Source: Azolla caroliniana
Taxonomy: Eukaryota; Plantae; Polypodiophyta
Direction: 5' to 3'
Assembly: GCA_043228905.1 (NCBI GenBank)
Contig: JBHGNT010000020.1
Coordinates: 15,252,001 to 15,316,000 of the forward strand
DNA length: 64,000 nucleotides
Made by a program: the position numbers and the translations under genes. This document shows, one piece after another, positions 49,232-61,592 of this stretch. How positions within the stretch are numbered: position 1 is the stretch's first letter; the number at the start of each line of letters is the position of its first letter. Under the pieces are notes generated by a model. It was not told the DNA's origin. It did not search any database and was given only the letters and a program-made list of their open reading frames with translations.

Positions 49232-52200
49232 GTCCAGCCAAAATAGGAGCCGTTTGGTTGGACAGCCCTAGATCTGTGCAGCCCATTAGTGGTTCCATTC
49301 CCTCTAAGCAAGTTAGTGATGTGTTCGTAGCCCAAGTAGCAGTTAGTACTAAAAGTACCCCTCCAGTACATACCTTAGCCCTTCTAGATTCCGGAGCTAA
49401 TTCTTGCTTCATGGATAGGAATTTTGCCCGAGCTCATCAGATATCTCTCAGAAAGCTCCCATGTCCAGCCTCAGTAGTAGTCATTGATGGTCGTCCCATT
49501 GCTTCTGGTAATATCATAGAAGAGTCGGAACCCGTTAATATTGTCCTAGATAACTTAACATGTGTAGTATCATTTAATATTATTAGTATTCCAGAACATT
49601 CCATAGTTTTAGGATTACCATGGTTCGAGTTACATAACCCAGACATAGATTGGAGGACAAGGGAAATCCGGTTGCGACAAACCCAAGGATCTACCCAGAA
49701 GGTTGCAACCATTTCGCTACGTCAGTTGCGTGAGGAAGGGCGCAAGGAGGAAATGTTTCTCTTCGCAATATCAGTACAACCCTCCAGCACCACCAAAGAG
49801 GAGTCCACCGTTCAACTTCCCGAGAAGTATCGTCAGTATGCTGATGTGTTTGATAAAGTACAAGCCAACACACTTCCTCATCATCGGCCGTACGATTGCG
49901 CCATCGACTTACAACCGGGAAAAGAGCCGCCATGGGGGCCGATCTACAATTTGTCACCAACCGAGCTAGAAGTCCTTCGAGCCTATATAGAGGAGAATTT
50001 GGAGAACGGTTTCATTCGGCATTCGAAATCTCCAGCCGGCGCACCCATTTTCTTCGTCAAGAAAAAAGATGGCTCGCTTCGACTCGTTGTAGATTACCGT
50101 GGCTTGAATAAGGTCACAGTAAGAAATAGGTATGCTCTTCCCCTTATCTCAAGTCTTTTAGAACGGATCAACGGTGCCAGGTTCTTCACGAAGATCGACT
50201 TACGAGGAGCCTATAACCTCGTACGGATCCGACCAGGAGATGAATGGAAGACCGCGTTTCGCACTAGATATGGGCACTTCGAGTATACGGTCATGCCGTT
50301 CGGACTCACTAATGCGCCGGCAGTCTTCCAGCACATGGCGAATGATATATTTCGAGATCTCTTGGATGATTTTTTGATCATCTATTTGGATGATCTACTG
50401 GTTTATTCAAAGACCCAAGAAGAACATGATTCTCATGTACTATTAGTACTAAAACGACTTCGAGAACATGGTCTGTATGCAAAGTTAGAGAAATGTAGTT
50501 TCGGGTGCAACCAAGTGGAGTTTCTCGGCTATGTCATCTCCTCAGAAGGCATATCTATGGACCCAGCCAAGGTCAAAACGGTGATAGAATGGCACACTCC
50601 GCGTTCGGTGCGGGATGTGCAATGCTTCCTAGGCTTTGCAAATTTTTACCGGAAGTTCATACAAAATTACTCAAAAATTGTGCTGCCTCTCACACAGCTC
50701 ACCAGGAAGGGACAATCATTAATTTGGTCTAAAGAGACGGACATGGCTTTCGAGAGTCTTAAGAAGGCGTTTACATCAGCTCCAATTTTAGGTCATGTGG
50801 ATCCGGAAAAACCATTCATTATCGAAGCTGACGCATCGGATTTCGCATTGGGGAGCATTCTGTCACAACAGGGTAACGACGAGAAGCTACATCCTGTGGC
50901 TTTCCACTCCCGTAAGTTTGACGCCGCCGAAATCAACTACGAAATTCATGATAAAGAGCTATTAGCAATAGTTGATTCTTTTATGCAATGGAGGCATTTC
51001 CTGGAGGGATCTCCTCATCAGGTCACTGTATTCAGTGATCACAAGAACCTTGCCTACTTTCAAGATGCTCGTGTACTGAATCGACGTCAAGCTCGGTGGG
51101 CCCACTTCCTCACACGCTTCGACTTCAAAATTACATATCGTCCGGGGAAGCACCAAGGGAAGGCAGATGCATTATCACGGCGTTCGTATCTAACACCACG
51201 GCCCGGTGAGCCAGCTTTCGATAACCAGAAGCAAGTAATCTTGGGTCCAGCACGACTGCAAGCAGCACAGGTCTTTGACATGCCCGTGGATTCCGACATT
51301 ACCAATACTATACGTGAGGACTTGAAGACTGACGCTTTCGCCCAAGCTATACTAGCACAAATTGACCCCTCTCGAGCGTCATGTTCACAATCACAATCAC
51401 CAGGTACGGATTATCGGCAATTCAAATACTGTGATGGATTACTCTTCTTTAAAGAACTTTTGTATGTTCCTAATGGTTCTTGCCGCCTTCGAGTAGTACA
51501 AAACTGCCATGACACATATACAGCAGGACATTTTGGTAGTACTAAAACATTAGATTTAGTACAACGATCCTTCTGGTGGCCCCGTATGCAACAATTTGTC
51601 GAAGATTTTGTTCGGACTTGCGATACATGCTGCAGAGCGAAAATGCCAAGACATCATCCATATGGTTTATTAGAACCATTACCAATTCCAAGCAAGCCAT
51701 GGCAATCCATTGCTCTTGACTTCATTACAGATCTTCCAGTCTCTAAGGGATTCAGTGCGATTCTCACAGTGGTGGATCGATATACGAAGATGGCTCATTT
51801 CTTACCATGTACTAAAGAAATATCTAGTGAAGACACCGCCGAAATTGTCATGCGGGAAGTATGTCGGCATCATGGACTCCCTGATAATATCATCAGCGAT
51901 CGTGGACCCCAGTTTGTGTCAAAATTCTGGAAGCACCTTTTTAAAATGTTGAAGGTCACTTGTAACCTCTCCTCCGGCTACCACCCACAAACCGACGGTC
52001 AAGCCGAACGAACAAATCAAACACTGGAGCAGTATCTGCGGTGCTTTCTCAACTATCATCAGAATGACTGGGCAGATATTCTTCAGTTCGCCGAATTTGC
52101 CTATAATAACACTATCCACGCATCGACTAAAGTCACGCCATTCTACGCTTATACGGGATATCATCCCCGGTGGTGTGTCCTTGAAACCCCAGAAGTGTCC

Positions 52201-52815
52201 ACAAATCCTTGCGCGGAGGATCGTTTGGAGCGGTTACGCAAGATACAAGCGGATTTATCTACTCAACTCCAGCAAGCTCAACAATCACACAAGGACTACG
52301 CAGATCGTCATCGACTTCCATCCAGTTTTAACATTGGAGATCGGGTGTGGCTGCTACGACGACACATCAAGACTACTCGCCCATGTGAGAAGTTGGATTA
52401 TCGGCGATTAGGTCCTTTCCGTATTATCGGGAAGATTAATGATGTCGCTTTTCGTCTCGAGCTACCTCCGCAACTTCGGATACATCCGGTGTTTCATAGT
52501 TCTCTCCTCGAACCCTATCACGAGAGCACTATCCCAGGACGTACTATACAACCACCACCTCCTATCGAGCTCGAAGATGGACCTGAGTATGAGGTCGCTG
52601 CCATCCTCGATTCCAAGATTGTTCGCAACAAGCTCTACTATCTAGTCGATTGGCTAGGATATAGTCCCAGCGAGCGTACTTGGGAACCGATCGAGAATGT
52701 GACCAATGCTCGTGCTCTTCTAGACGACTTCCATCGACGATATCCCGAGAAACCGGGTCCTCAATCCAAAACGACTCGTGGAACTCGTCGTTTTAAAGGG
52801 GGGATAGTGTCATAA
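49222..52815 (+). CDS. pol: Pol (PR-RT-RH-IN-chromodomain), reached by -1 frameshift
   Basis: ALLDSGA, YLDD, EADASD, IN H-H-C-C and D,D,E motifs, GPF, chromodomain YEVAAILDS..YLVDWLGY..TWEP; frame open from the slippery site at 49219-49225. Confidence 0.95.
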   Translation, partial: KRLSPAKIGAVWLDSPRSVQPISGSIPSKQVSDVFVAQVAVSTKSTPPVHTLALLDSGANSCFMDRNFARAHQISLRKLPCPASVVVIDGRPIASGNIIEESEPVNIVLDNLTCVVSFNIISIPEHSIVLGLPWFELHNPDIDWRTREIRLRQTQGSTQKVATISLRQLREEGRKEEMFLFAISVQPSSTTKEESTVQLPEKYRQYADVFDKVQANTLPHHRPYDCAIDLQPGKEPPWGPIYNLSPTELEVLRAYIEENLENGFIRHSKSPAGAPIFFVKKKDGSLRLVVDYRGLNKVTVRNRYALPLISSLLERINGARFFTKIDLRGAYNLVRIRPGDEWKTAFRTRYGHFEYTVMPFGLTNAPAVFQHMANDIFRDLLDDFLIIYLDDLLVYSKTQEEHDSHVLLVLKRLREHGLYAKLEKCSFGCNQVEFLGYVISSEGISMDPAKVKTVIEWHTPRSVRDVQCFLGFANFYRKFIQNYSKIVLPLTQLTRKGQSLIWSKETDMAFESLKKAFTSAPILGHVDPEKPFIIEADASDFALGSILSQQGNDEKLHPVAFHSRKFDAAEINYEIHDKELLAIVDSFMQWRHFLEGSPHQVTVFSDHKNLAYFQDARVLNRRQARWAHFLTRFDFKITYRPGKHQGKADALSRRSYLTPRPGEPAFDNQKQVILGPARLQAAQVFDMPVDSDITNTIREDLKTDAFAQAILAQIDPSRASCSQSQSPGTDYRQFKYCDGLLFFKELLYVPNGSCRLRVVQNCHDTYTAGHFGSTKTLDLVQRSFWWPRMQQFVEDFVRTCDTCCRAKMPRHHPYGLLEPLPIPSKPWQSIALDFITDLPVSKGFSAILTVVDRYTKMAHFLPCTKEISSEDTAEIVMREVCRHHGLPDNIISDRGPQFVSKFWKHLFKMLKVTCNLSSGYHPQTDGQAERTNQTLEQYLRCFLNYHQNDWADILQFAEFAYNNTIHASTKVTPFYAYTGYHPRWCVLETPEVSTNPCAEDRLERLRKIQADLSTQLQQAQQSHKDYADRHRLPSSFNIGDRVWLLRRHIKTTRPCEKLDYRRLGPFRIIGKINDVAFRLELPPQLRIHPVFHSSLLEPYHESTIPGRTIQPPPPIELEDGPEYEVAAILDSKIVRNKLYYLVDWLGYSPSERTWEPIENVTNARALLDDFHRRYPEKPGPQSKTTRGTRRFKGGIVS

Positions 52816-53097
52816 CTAGACTCGAACCCATAACCTTTTGTTATACGGGTCGAGACTTTACCATTAGGTTATGAATTGTAATTTGAAGGATATTATTTTC
52901 ATTTAGGTTTTATTGGGAAATTGATGTATATTCCAGATTTCTCTGGAACATTCTAGAAACTTCAGGAGTATTCCTGAAGACACTATAAAAGGAGGCGCAA
53001 GGCATTAGTTCGAACCAAATCGGTTCAACGCCAGTCTTAAGCCTTCTAACTACTGTTGTATATCTTCCTTCATATAATACATATATCTTTCGCATCA

Positions 53098-53149
<52 letters not shown>

Positions 53150-56100
53150 ACTCATTCCTTCTCTCAAAGTTCGACACCTCTCATAGTACTAATCCTTCTC
53201 TGTCTTAGTACTATTCCCCGACAATAGTACTAATCCTTCTTTTAGTACTAATTCCTTCTCTGCCTTAATAGAGTTCCTGACACCCAATAGGATTTCGGCA
53301 GTTTCGCATGAGAGAGCATGCTCCTCACTCTCTCCATGATCGTTCGATTCATCCTCTCTGCAAGTCCGTTCAACTCTGGGGTCTTTGGCACTGTGTATTC
53401 GACCCAAATACCTTGGCACTTGCAATATTCTTCAAACTGCCCTTTGTACTCGCCACCATTGTCGGTTCGGACAACCTTCAGTTTTCAACCCGACTCTCTT
53501 TCAATTCTTGCCTAGAACTCCTTGAAAACCGACAGTACTTGATCCTTCGACTTCAGTACGAAGACCCATGTTTTCCGACAGTAGTCGTCAATAAACGTTA
53601 CAAAGTATTGTCCTCCTCGATGCGATGGAGCATCCACATAGCACACATCCATGTGCACTAGTTCCAATGCAGCTTCTCTTCTCCTCGGTGGTCTCGAGTG
53701 GAATGTTGCCCTGTTTTGCTTTCCGGCTAAGCAGTCGACACACTTGTCCAGGTGCACTCCCTTGACTTCTAGCAGAAGTTTTTGGTCAGCTAACAAGTGC
53801 ATTCCCTTCTCACTCATGTGGCCTAGCCTCTTATGCCATATTTCCCCTGCCGAGTCAGCTGCCACGTTTACTTCCGATTTGCACAGTCGGGCATGCATCA
53901 TGTACAATGTGCCTTCTTTCTGTGCTCGGGTCACTATGAGATTTTCTCGGCAAAACTTCCACTTGCTATTCCGAAAGCCACCACTGTAGCCTTCGTCGTC
54001 AAATTCAATCTGATATCGGGGACATGTCGAACATCCTTCAACGTTAGTCGACACCTTGTCGACATCGTTAAGCACACACTTCCAACTCCAGTTATCTTGC
54101 ACTCTCCATTATCACCCATCTTTACATAGCCATGATCCCCGGCTATGTAAGTCAAGAAATACTCTCTCGACGAAGTAATATGGAAGGATGTGCCGGAATC
54201 AATCACCCAAGTGCACTCTTCGCTTGCAAAATTTGCACTTGCCTGTTCACAGATGAACAAGAGTTCCTCATTGCTCCTAGCAATGGCCAAAGTGTTCTTT
54301 TCATCCGGAATTTTCCGGGGTTCGACATTATTTCCGACACTCTTGTCTTTCTTCATGTGTCGGCAATCCGACTGGAAGTGTCCAGGTTTTCCACAATGAA
54401 AGCACACAGGCCTACCTCTGGACTTCAATCTGGCGTGGGTTTTGTCTGTTCATTGCGGACTTCTTCTTCGTCGGTCTCTTCCTCTGTCCATATGTTGAGT
54501 CAAATTCGACTCCGTTTGGGACAGGACTCCTTTGGCTTTCCTCCTTGCCTCCTCATTTAGGATGCTTGTCTTCACCATCTACAAAGACAAGTTCTCTTCT
54601 TGACAGGAGGTGGCAAGAGTAACCACCACGTTTTCCCAGCTTTCCGGTAGTGTGCACATCAGCAGGATGGCCTGCATTGCGTCATCCAGGGGAAAGTTGG
54701 TCACATCAAGTTGATTTACATACCCCATAAATGTGATGATGTGTTCGACGATGCTCTCACCGTCTTTGTATTTCAGTCGTACGATTTTTCTCATTAGTGA
54801 GGTTCTATTTAGCGCGTTCTTCCTCTCGTACAGACCCGACAGCTTCTGCCATATCTCGTGGGCATTCGTGTCGTTCACCACATGCTGAAGGACACTTATA
54901 TCGACACATTGTCAGATTGTGGCCACCGCCTTCCTATTCCGAAGCTTCCAATCCGACTCCAATACCCCCCTGGGTATTTCTGCTCTGTCGACTAGCTCGT
55001 ACAGGTCTTTGACAATGAGAAGGTCTTCCATCTTTATCTTCCAGTTTGCATAGTTCTGTGAATTCAGAACTATCATACCTGGGAATCCGCTAACACCTCC
55101 TTCCATGCTTGCACCTCAAGCTCTGATACCAGTTGGTAGAGAAATCGTTGCAGAATTAATCACAATAATCAAACGAAGCTGAAATACGAATCACACCAAA
55201 ACAAATGCGAGAAAAAAAAACAAGATAGACGACTATACACAGAGATTTACGTGGAAACCCTAAAACGGGGAAAACCACGGGTGAACAGATTCTTCACTAT
55301 AATATAGTGGATATACAATACAGAGAAGATTACAAACACTATGTCGAGTGTATCATTTGCACAGGGCTCTTCGCGTCTGTTGTTACACACACAGCTATGG
55401 CGCGGTTCTCACTTCTCTCTCTCTTTTCCTACACATTGTTTGTCACTCACACACTCAAATGTTTGCCCTAGTTGCATATATACTTACGCAACTTTTTGGT
55501 TATTTACATACGTGGCCCTCATGGGATGCACACTTAGACTATTTACAAATATAGTCTCCCAAGTTGGTTGTTATACACAATTCCGGTTTTGGCCTCGACC
55601 GAGTTCCTCATCAACTCGGCTCCAGTTTTCCGACTCTTCAACTGTCGGATTTCCGAACAGTCGGGTCATCCTCCCACTGGAGGGACATATTCCCAACATT
55701 TACATGGTTGACGAACTACCTAAACTAAGTTGAGCTTGATCTCTCAACACGCCCCCTCAAGCTCAAGTATAGGGCATCCAATGTCCGCTTTGGCTTTCGA
55801 CGTTCGGATCTTCGATTCGGTTGATTCGGCTTCGGCTTTGGATGGCCGGTATTGTTTCTTTTAGCATCGACATTTTTGTGGCAATTTCGGTTCCTCCCCC
55901 TCAAGCCAGTGACGAAGGCTTGTAGTGTGTGGGCAAAGGTCGACTACTTCTACCCATCGTGGGTTAGAGCCGCTTTGGTGGAGCTCTTGGGCTCTTCTTC
56001 GGCCACTACCTTCATCGTGAAGGTGTAATGATGGGCCATGTACTCGTTGTAACTGTGCCGAGTGACAGGATTCTTAGCTCTAGATGAGCGTCGAAGTTTT

Positions 56101-59100
56101 TCGCTCGCTGATGTGAGCGCCTTCTTTACTCCGGGTGTCCGCATGATGGGTACACCGAACTCACTGTCTAGTGAGGGAGCCGATCCATCCAAATCATTGA
56201 CGTCGGGGTGGTCTACTTCGTATTCAGGAATCTTACCTTTGTCTTTGTCCAAGTGCGTACTTGGTCGTGACGTGCTTGGGTCACGTGGAGGCTCTTGTGG
56301 CCCACTAGACCTAGCCGTAATCGGACTTTCTTCGAACATGTGTTCGAAGCGATCTCCATCTTCTACCTCTTGTTTGGTGTATTCCGGGTCAAGCGGAGTC
56401 GGAATCGAAGTTGTCTTTGGTGCGTACCAGGATGCGGACTCGTCGAATACTACGTCTCAACTTACCCGAACCGCACTTGTATTCCTTCTTCTCGGATGAG
56501 TATCCTATGATGATACATTCCTCCGACTTCGCGTCGGGCATCTATCGTTGTTCGTTCGGGATGCGTACATTCGCAATGCTTCCGAACACCTTGAGGTGTG
56601 ATAGGATCGGCTTCCTTCCGACGAGGAGCTCGTAGGGAGTTAGCTCATGGACTCCATTGGTGGTGCACCGGTTCATGAGATAGACGGTCGTGGATGCCGC
56701 TTCGGCCCAATAGAAGTTCAGCATGTGCTTCTCATGCACCATGGCGTGTGCTACCTCGAGTATTTGCCGATTCTTCCTTTCGGCGACTCTATTTTGTTGG
56801 AGTGTGTGTCGGCATGAGAATTCTCTCCGAATGCCTTCACTTTGGAGGTAGGAGGTGAATTCATCGGAAAAGTACTCCTTGCCTCCATCCAATCGTAGGC
56901 ATCGAATGTGCCAACCGGTTTCTTTCTCAACTTGGCCCTTGAGCTTTTGGAAGTGGGAGAGCACTTCGCTTTTCTTCTTCATCGGGTAGATCCACGCGTA
57001 GCGGGAGTAGTCGTCGATGAAGGTTACATAGTATCGGTATCCGCCGATCGTCGGCGTTTGAGCCGGTCCCCATACATCCGAGTGTACGACGTCGAGGAGG
57101 CCTTTGCTTGCGGAGCTCTCCTTCGGGAATGGGAATCAATGTTGTTTTCCGAGTTGACACGCTTCACATACTCGGTCGACTCATTTCGACTCGAATGTCG
57201 AAAGTCCGACTCCCTTGGTTTGCATCACTCGTAGCCATTGGAGGTTTATGCGGCCGATTCTCTTGTGCCACAACTCGATGCTTGTCTCGATTTTGAGACC
57301 GTTGGCATACATTGCCGATTTCACCTTGTTCGAATCAAGGATGAACATTCGGTTGTCTCTCCGCCCCTTAGCTATGAGTCGGCCATCTTTCTCAATGAAA
57401 CAACCTTCGTTGTTGAAGCGGACTTGCATGCCTTGCTCCACGATTTGGCCGATAGAGACCAAATTCTTCATTATTGTGGGCACGTGCAACACGTGCAAGA
57501 CATTCTTGATGCAAGTTTGCTCGCCTTCTTTCCCGAATGGGACATTGCCGATGTGCCGAATGGGGTGCGTGGTGTCGTCTCCCGTCTCTATGAAGCCGGG
57601 TCGATCCGGCGTTCATAAATCATGAAACCACTCTTCGTGAGATGTCATGTGATGTGAGGCACCGGAGTCGAAGAACCACACATCTTCCGAGTTGGAGGTG
57701 GTTGCGGAGTTGGAGGAAGAGTGCCGAAAGAAGATGCGTGAGTCGGCGTCCACAAGTCGACAACTCACGAATAATCTATCGTAATCGTCGTACTCGAAGT
57801 TGGTGGCGTAATTTGTGAGTTGTCGACTTGTGGACGCCGACTCGCGCATCTTCTTTCGGCACTCTTCTTCGCGGTGGCCGACTTTCCCACAATAATTGCA
57901 AGTTGAGAGCCTCATTTGCCGACCATGTTCGGCGTGGAAGCTCCCCCTTCTTCCGAAGGTTCCTCGATGGCTTCCGTGAAGGTTTGAGTTCCCTTCGTGT
58001 GCTTGGTCGAATTGACCTCTTCTACCGTCGTGACCTCCTCCTCGGCCACCGTCCGAATTCGAGAAGAACATTTGTCCTTCCGATGTCTTGCTTTTGGTTC
58101 GGACGTGGTTCTCTTCGACCAATAGCATTGATTGGAGGTCGAAGAATGAAGGAGGGTTTTCTCTCGCCAAGATTGCCGTCCGTAATGGGTCGAATCGTTG
58201 TGCAAGGCCACCCAAGCATACTTGAACCATCTCGTCTTCATCGACGTTTATTTTGATGGAGCCAAGCGAGTCGCAAATGCTCTTGATCTTGGTGGTGGTC
58301 CAACACGAACATGTCTTTTTTCCGAATTTTGTTCAACTCTTGTCAAAGTTGAAGCTTTCGGGCGGACGTGTTGGCGGCGAACATTTTCTTTAAGTTCACC
58401 CACGCTTCTTTAGGCGTCTTGGCATCTCAATCATGGCTAAGCATGTGGTCGTAGACACATACATGTTGCCAAGCAATACATGACTTGACTAACCGCTTCC
58501 TCCCATGTTGCGTAGTTGGCGTTCTTTGAGTCAGGTCGATTTTCTTGAGCGTCGTTGATGTAGCTCCAATACCCTTGGCCGACGAGGTATTGGGTCATCT
58601 TGTACTCCCAAGATGAATAATTGCTCCGGTCTAGCTTTTCTCTAGGGAGCGAGCTACCCATTTGTGTGTTCATGTTGATTGTAGTGTCTTCTCTTCTTTT
58701 GCTTTTCTTCCTTCGATCACGTACATGTGTTACGTAGCGGCATTACGGTAGCGGATAGCCGGAATTTGTCGTCGGCGTTTCAAACACACAATTATGAAGT
58801 CGGGTGGGCTTAGTGGATTTTCTAAACCACACACTCTGATACCATGTTAAAAATTAGGTAAGTAATTAAGGGTTAATTAGTACCTAATTATGTGATTAAG
58901 TTAAGTGGAAGATTATGTGATATGTGTGTGTATGTGCATGTGTGTGAGAGGAAGAGAGAGAGAGAGAGAGATGCACTTATGAAGAACACAAGATGGGGGA
59001 TGAGTACCTATATTAAATTAGCATTATCATCATCAAATACAAAAATACCCACAATGAGGTATATATACATCTCATGTGCAAGAGTGCACATGTGTGAGTG

Positions 59101-59369
59101 GAATATAGGTACTAAGGTGTAAGTCTTATATTAAATGTACTTAGGAGTGGAGGATCTAGAATACCCCACTTAAGTACAAGGTCCTATTTAAGTCGTTATA
59201 GTCAACACTTCTAACTAGATTCTATCTAGGTAAACTACGAAGTTACATGGTTGACTAACTAACTAAACTAAGTTGAGCTTGATCTCTCAACATTTATAAA
59301 TTCTACAAATTCGATTTTGTAGTTGTACATTTGAGAAATTACAAAAATGGCCCTTATTTAATTTCGACT

Positions 59370-60091
59370 CCCCCTTTTGACATAATTACATTTGTGTCCC
59401 AAGTTGCATTAATCCTTCTTAAGCTTGTATCTTGCGCTTCTGAACTCTGATTCATGATCCAAAAATTCCTACATGCTCCTCGACATAAGCTCCAAATGGG
59501 AAATGTACTTCTATAGATTTTTGACATTGTTTTGACATCGTGAAGCAACAACTTCATGACACCGGGTATTAGCTTTGGGTTTGTCTTTGACGAATCATTT
59601 GTCGGCAGTAGAGGATTCTTAACCCTCGTACTCTGATACCATGTAAAAGTTAATGTTTGAAAGCTTAGACAAACAAGCTCAGCCGAATAGCAACAGAAAA
59701 TAGATCTATGGTTTAATGGAATGCTTAAATTATACACACACACAGTACACACACAGTACACGAGAGAGACAGAGACAGCAGAATAACATAAAATTCAAAT
59801 TACAAAATAGCACTCTGTGCATACAATGTGCTCAAAGAGTACTTTTATACAAGTCCTTAAAAGGATTGACAAAACTACTAACAAGTACTTCAATGCTCGT
59901 ACGGAGCTACTAACACTAACTCCTAGGATAACTGCCTAGTAGTCTAGGAGTGTAGACCTCCAACGGCCTATCGGTTCGCACCAAGGTCTGGCTCTCCTCT
60001 CCAGACACCGATCCGGCTTTGGGTTCCGGATACCAATCCGGCTCTAGCTTACTCATCTGATCTGGATGAGGTTGAGCTTGTCCGCTCAACA
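59370..60091 (-). mobile_element. Truncated copia: 5' LTR 59642-60091, iMet PBS, short internal stub
   Basis: CTCTGATACCA abuts TGTAAAAG; LTR end GTTGAGCTTGTCCGCTCAACA resembles the LTR ends at 19534, 55749 and 60947. Confidence 0.75.
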
Positions 60092-61592
60092 CGCTTCAAC
60101 ATGCAATCGGCCAAATCTGGTTCGACCCTGTCTCAACGAAACTGCCTGATATCCAGTCCAGAGGGGGAAGTTATGAAGTCGGTATTGTCTGCACCGGTAG
60201 TCAGCTCCTTGATGTACGCGATGGACGCGATGGTCACGACACCGCTTGACATTGCTCACGCCGTCAAAGTCCTCATCACATTTATGCACAATCCCCGTCG
60301 ATCGCATTGGAACGTAGTTAAGCATGTGTTCAAATATATGGTGGGCAAAAAGGACTATGGCATTCTATTTGGCCTGAATGACACTTCAGGTGTAATCGGT
60401 TATACCGAGTCAAACTTTGTCGGTTGCATAGACAATTGAAAGTCGACAACCAGATATTGCTTTAAATTCGGCAATGGAGCAATTTCATGGAAGTCGAAAC
60501 TTCAGGAGTGCACTGCCTATAAAAGAATACGTGTGCGGAAGTGTGTGCGATAGACATCGAGTACATAGTTGGTTTCGGAAACTCTACAATTAGGTAAACA
60601 CAAAGAATGGTGAGAGAGACAAAGAGAGTAGACAACAACTTCTATTTCAAATAATGAATGCTCTATACATACAGTGTGCTCAGTGAGCACTTTTTATACA
60701 AACCCCTAACAAGCGGGCTGACACAAGTACCGTCAGTACTTGAATGCTCATAAATGAGCCTGACACTAATTCTGCCTACAATATTCCTATCTACCATAAT
60801 AGGAATATAGGCCCTCAACGGCCATTTCGGAATTCTTCCGACTTGACACACCTGAATCGAACTCTCTTCAATTCAGCTCCCAACTCTCGACCCTCGGCTC
60901 TCGGCTTCTTTAGCCGATTCGGCCCATGTTGAGCTTGTCTCTCAACACTGCCACATCAATGACCAAGGCCGAATATGTTGTTGCATCCGATACGGCGAAA
61001 GACCAAGTGTCTTTCGGCGGATCGATTCTGATCCCTTCGACACCATATGGGCATAATGAAGAATCAGTACAATTGAGTCAGACATTCAAGATAGTTTCGA
61101 ACAATCATCATTGACTGTTTGAGGCTCGGCTTCAGTTCTTCCGACCCCGACCGATTCGCCCTTCTACTCTCGGATTTTGCTTACTCAAACAAAACCGAAT
61201 TGTTCGACAACCTTGTATAAATCTATACTCCTTTTCGTTTATTACAAATTCCCTATTGTATATGCCCATTACGGGGGAGTGTCGAATATGGGTCTCTAAT
61301 GGACATATTCACATTGTCCCATTAGACACATTAGGTTTAGGCCATTTTTGTAAATAGTGGAAAGGGCAATTGCCATAAGTCAGTTAGTATTTGTAACCTA
61401 ATATTAAGGTTGTGAAATTTGGTGGTTGTCGTCATTCGTTTGTAACTTAGAGCTTGAATAATACAATTACATCTTGCTTGTGTTATCATTGTTTTCTTCT
61501 TTCTGTTGCTTTGTTGATCTTGTCTTATGATCTAGTTGCCTATTGCTCTAAATCTATTTCTTTATCTATTCATCAGACAATCTTCATAACCA
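60092..61592 (+). mobile_element. Degenerate copia RT-RH 3' fragment with PPT and probable 3' LTR from 61280
   Basis: SSLMYAM, HWNVVKHVFKY, AISWKSKLQECT|ATS..AEY; ACGGGGGAG-TG at 61271-61281; LTR end uncertain. Confidence 0.68.
60518..60947 (-). mobile_element. Solo LTR related to 19148-19534
   Basis: Perfect TSD CTGCC (60513-60517 / 60948-60952); shared motifs GTGCTCAGTGA, CAGTACTT.AATGCTCAT, GTTGAGCTTGTCTCTCAACA. Confidence 0.9.

Larger units (their letters stand above)
47479..53282 (+). mobile_element. Intact, very young Tcn1-like chromovirus inserted in the copia integrase
   Basis: LTRs 47479-47961 and 52808-53282 differ visibly only by one substitution and (CT)n length; perfect TSD CCCAA; G-rich PPT before 52808; uninterrupted gag and pol. 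Confidence 0.97.
44664..55698 (-). mobile_element. Full-length degenerate copia (Tork/Tnt1-like) inserted in the LTR of the outer copia
   Basis: LTRs 44664-45227 and ~55134-55698; TSD GTTAC/TTTAC; iMet PBS ~55119-55131; CFHCGKPGH..DC, WVIDSG, WHKRLGH, LLYVDDML, YHSRTKHI. Confidence 0.93.
44265..59292 (-). mobile_element. Copia deletion derivative (gag-PR-IN, no RT/RH); outer layer of a three-level nest
   Basis: LTRs 58845-59292 and 44265-44663 + 55704-55749; TSD TTTAT; iMet PBS ending at 58844; PPT GAGGGGGCG; CNYCGKVGH..EC, WFFDSGAS and IN motifs; shares YNEYMAHHY with 19148-23355. Confidence 0.92.
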
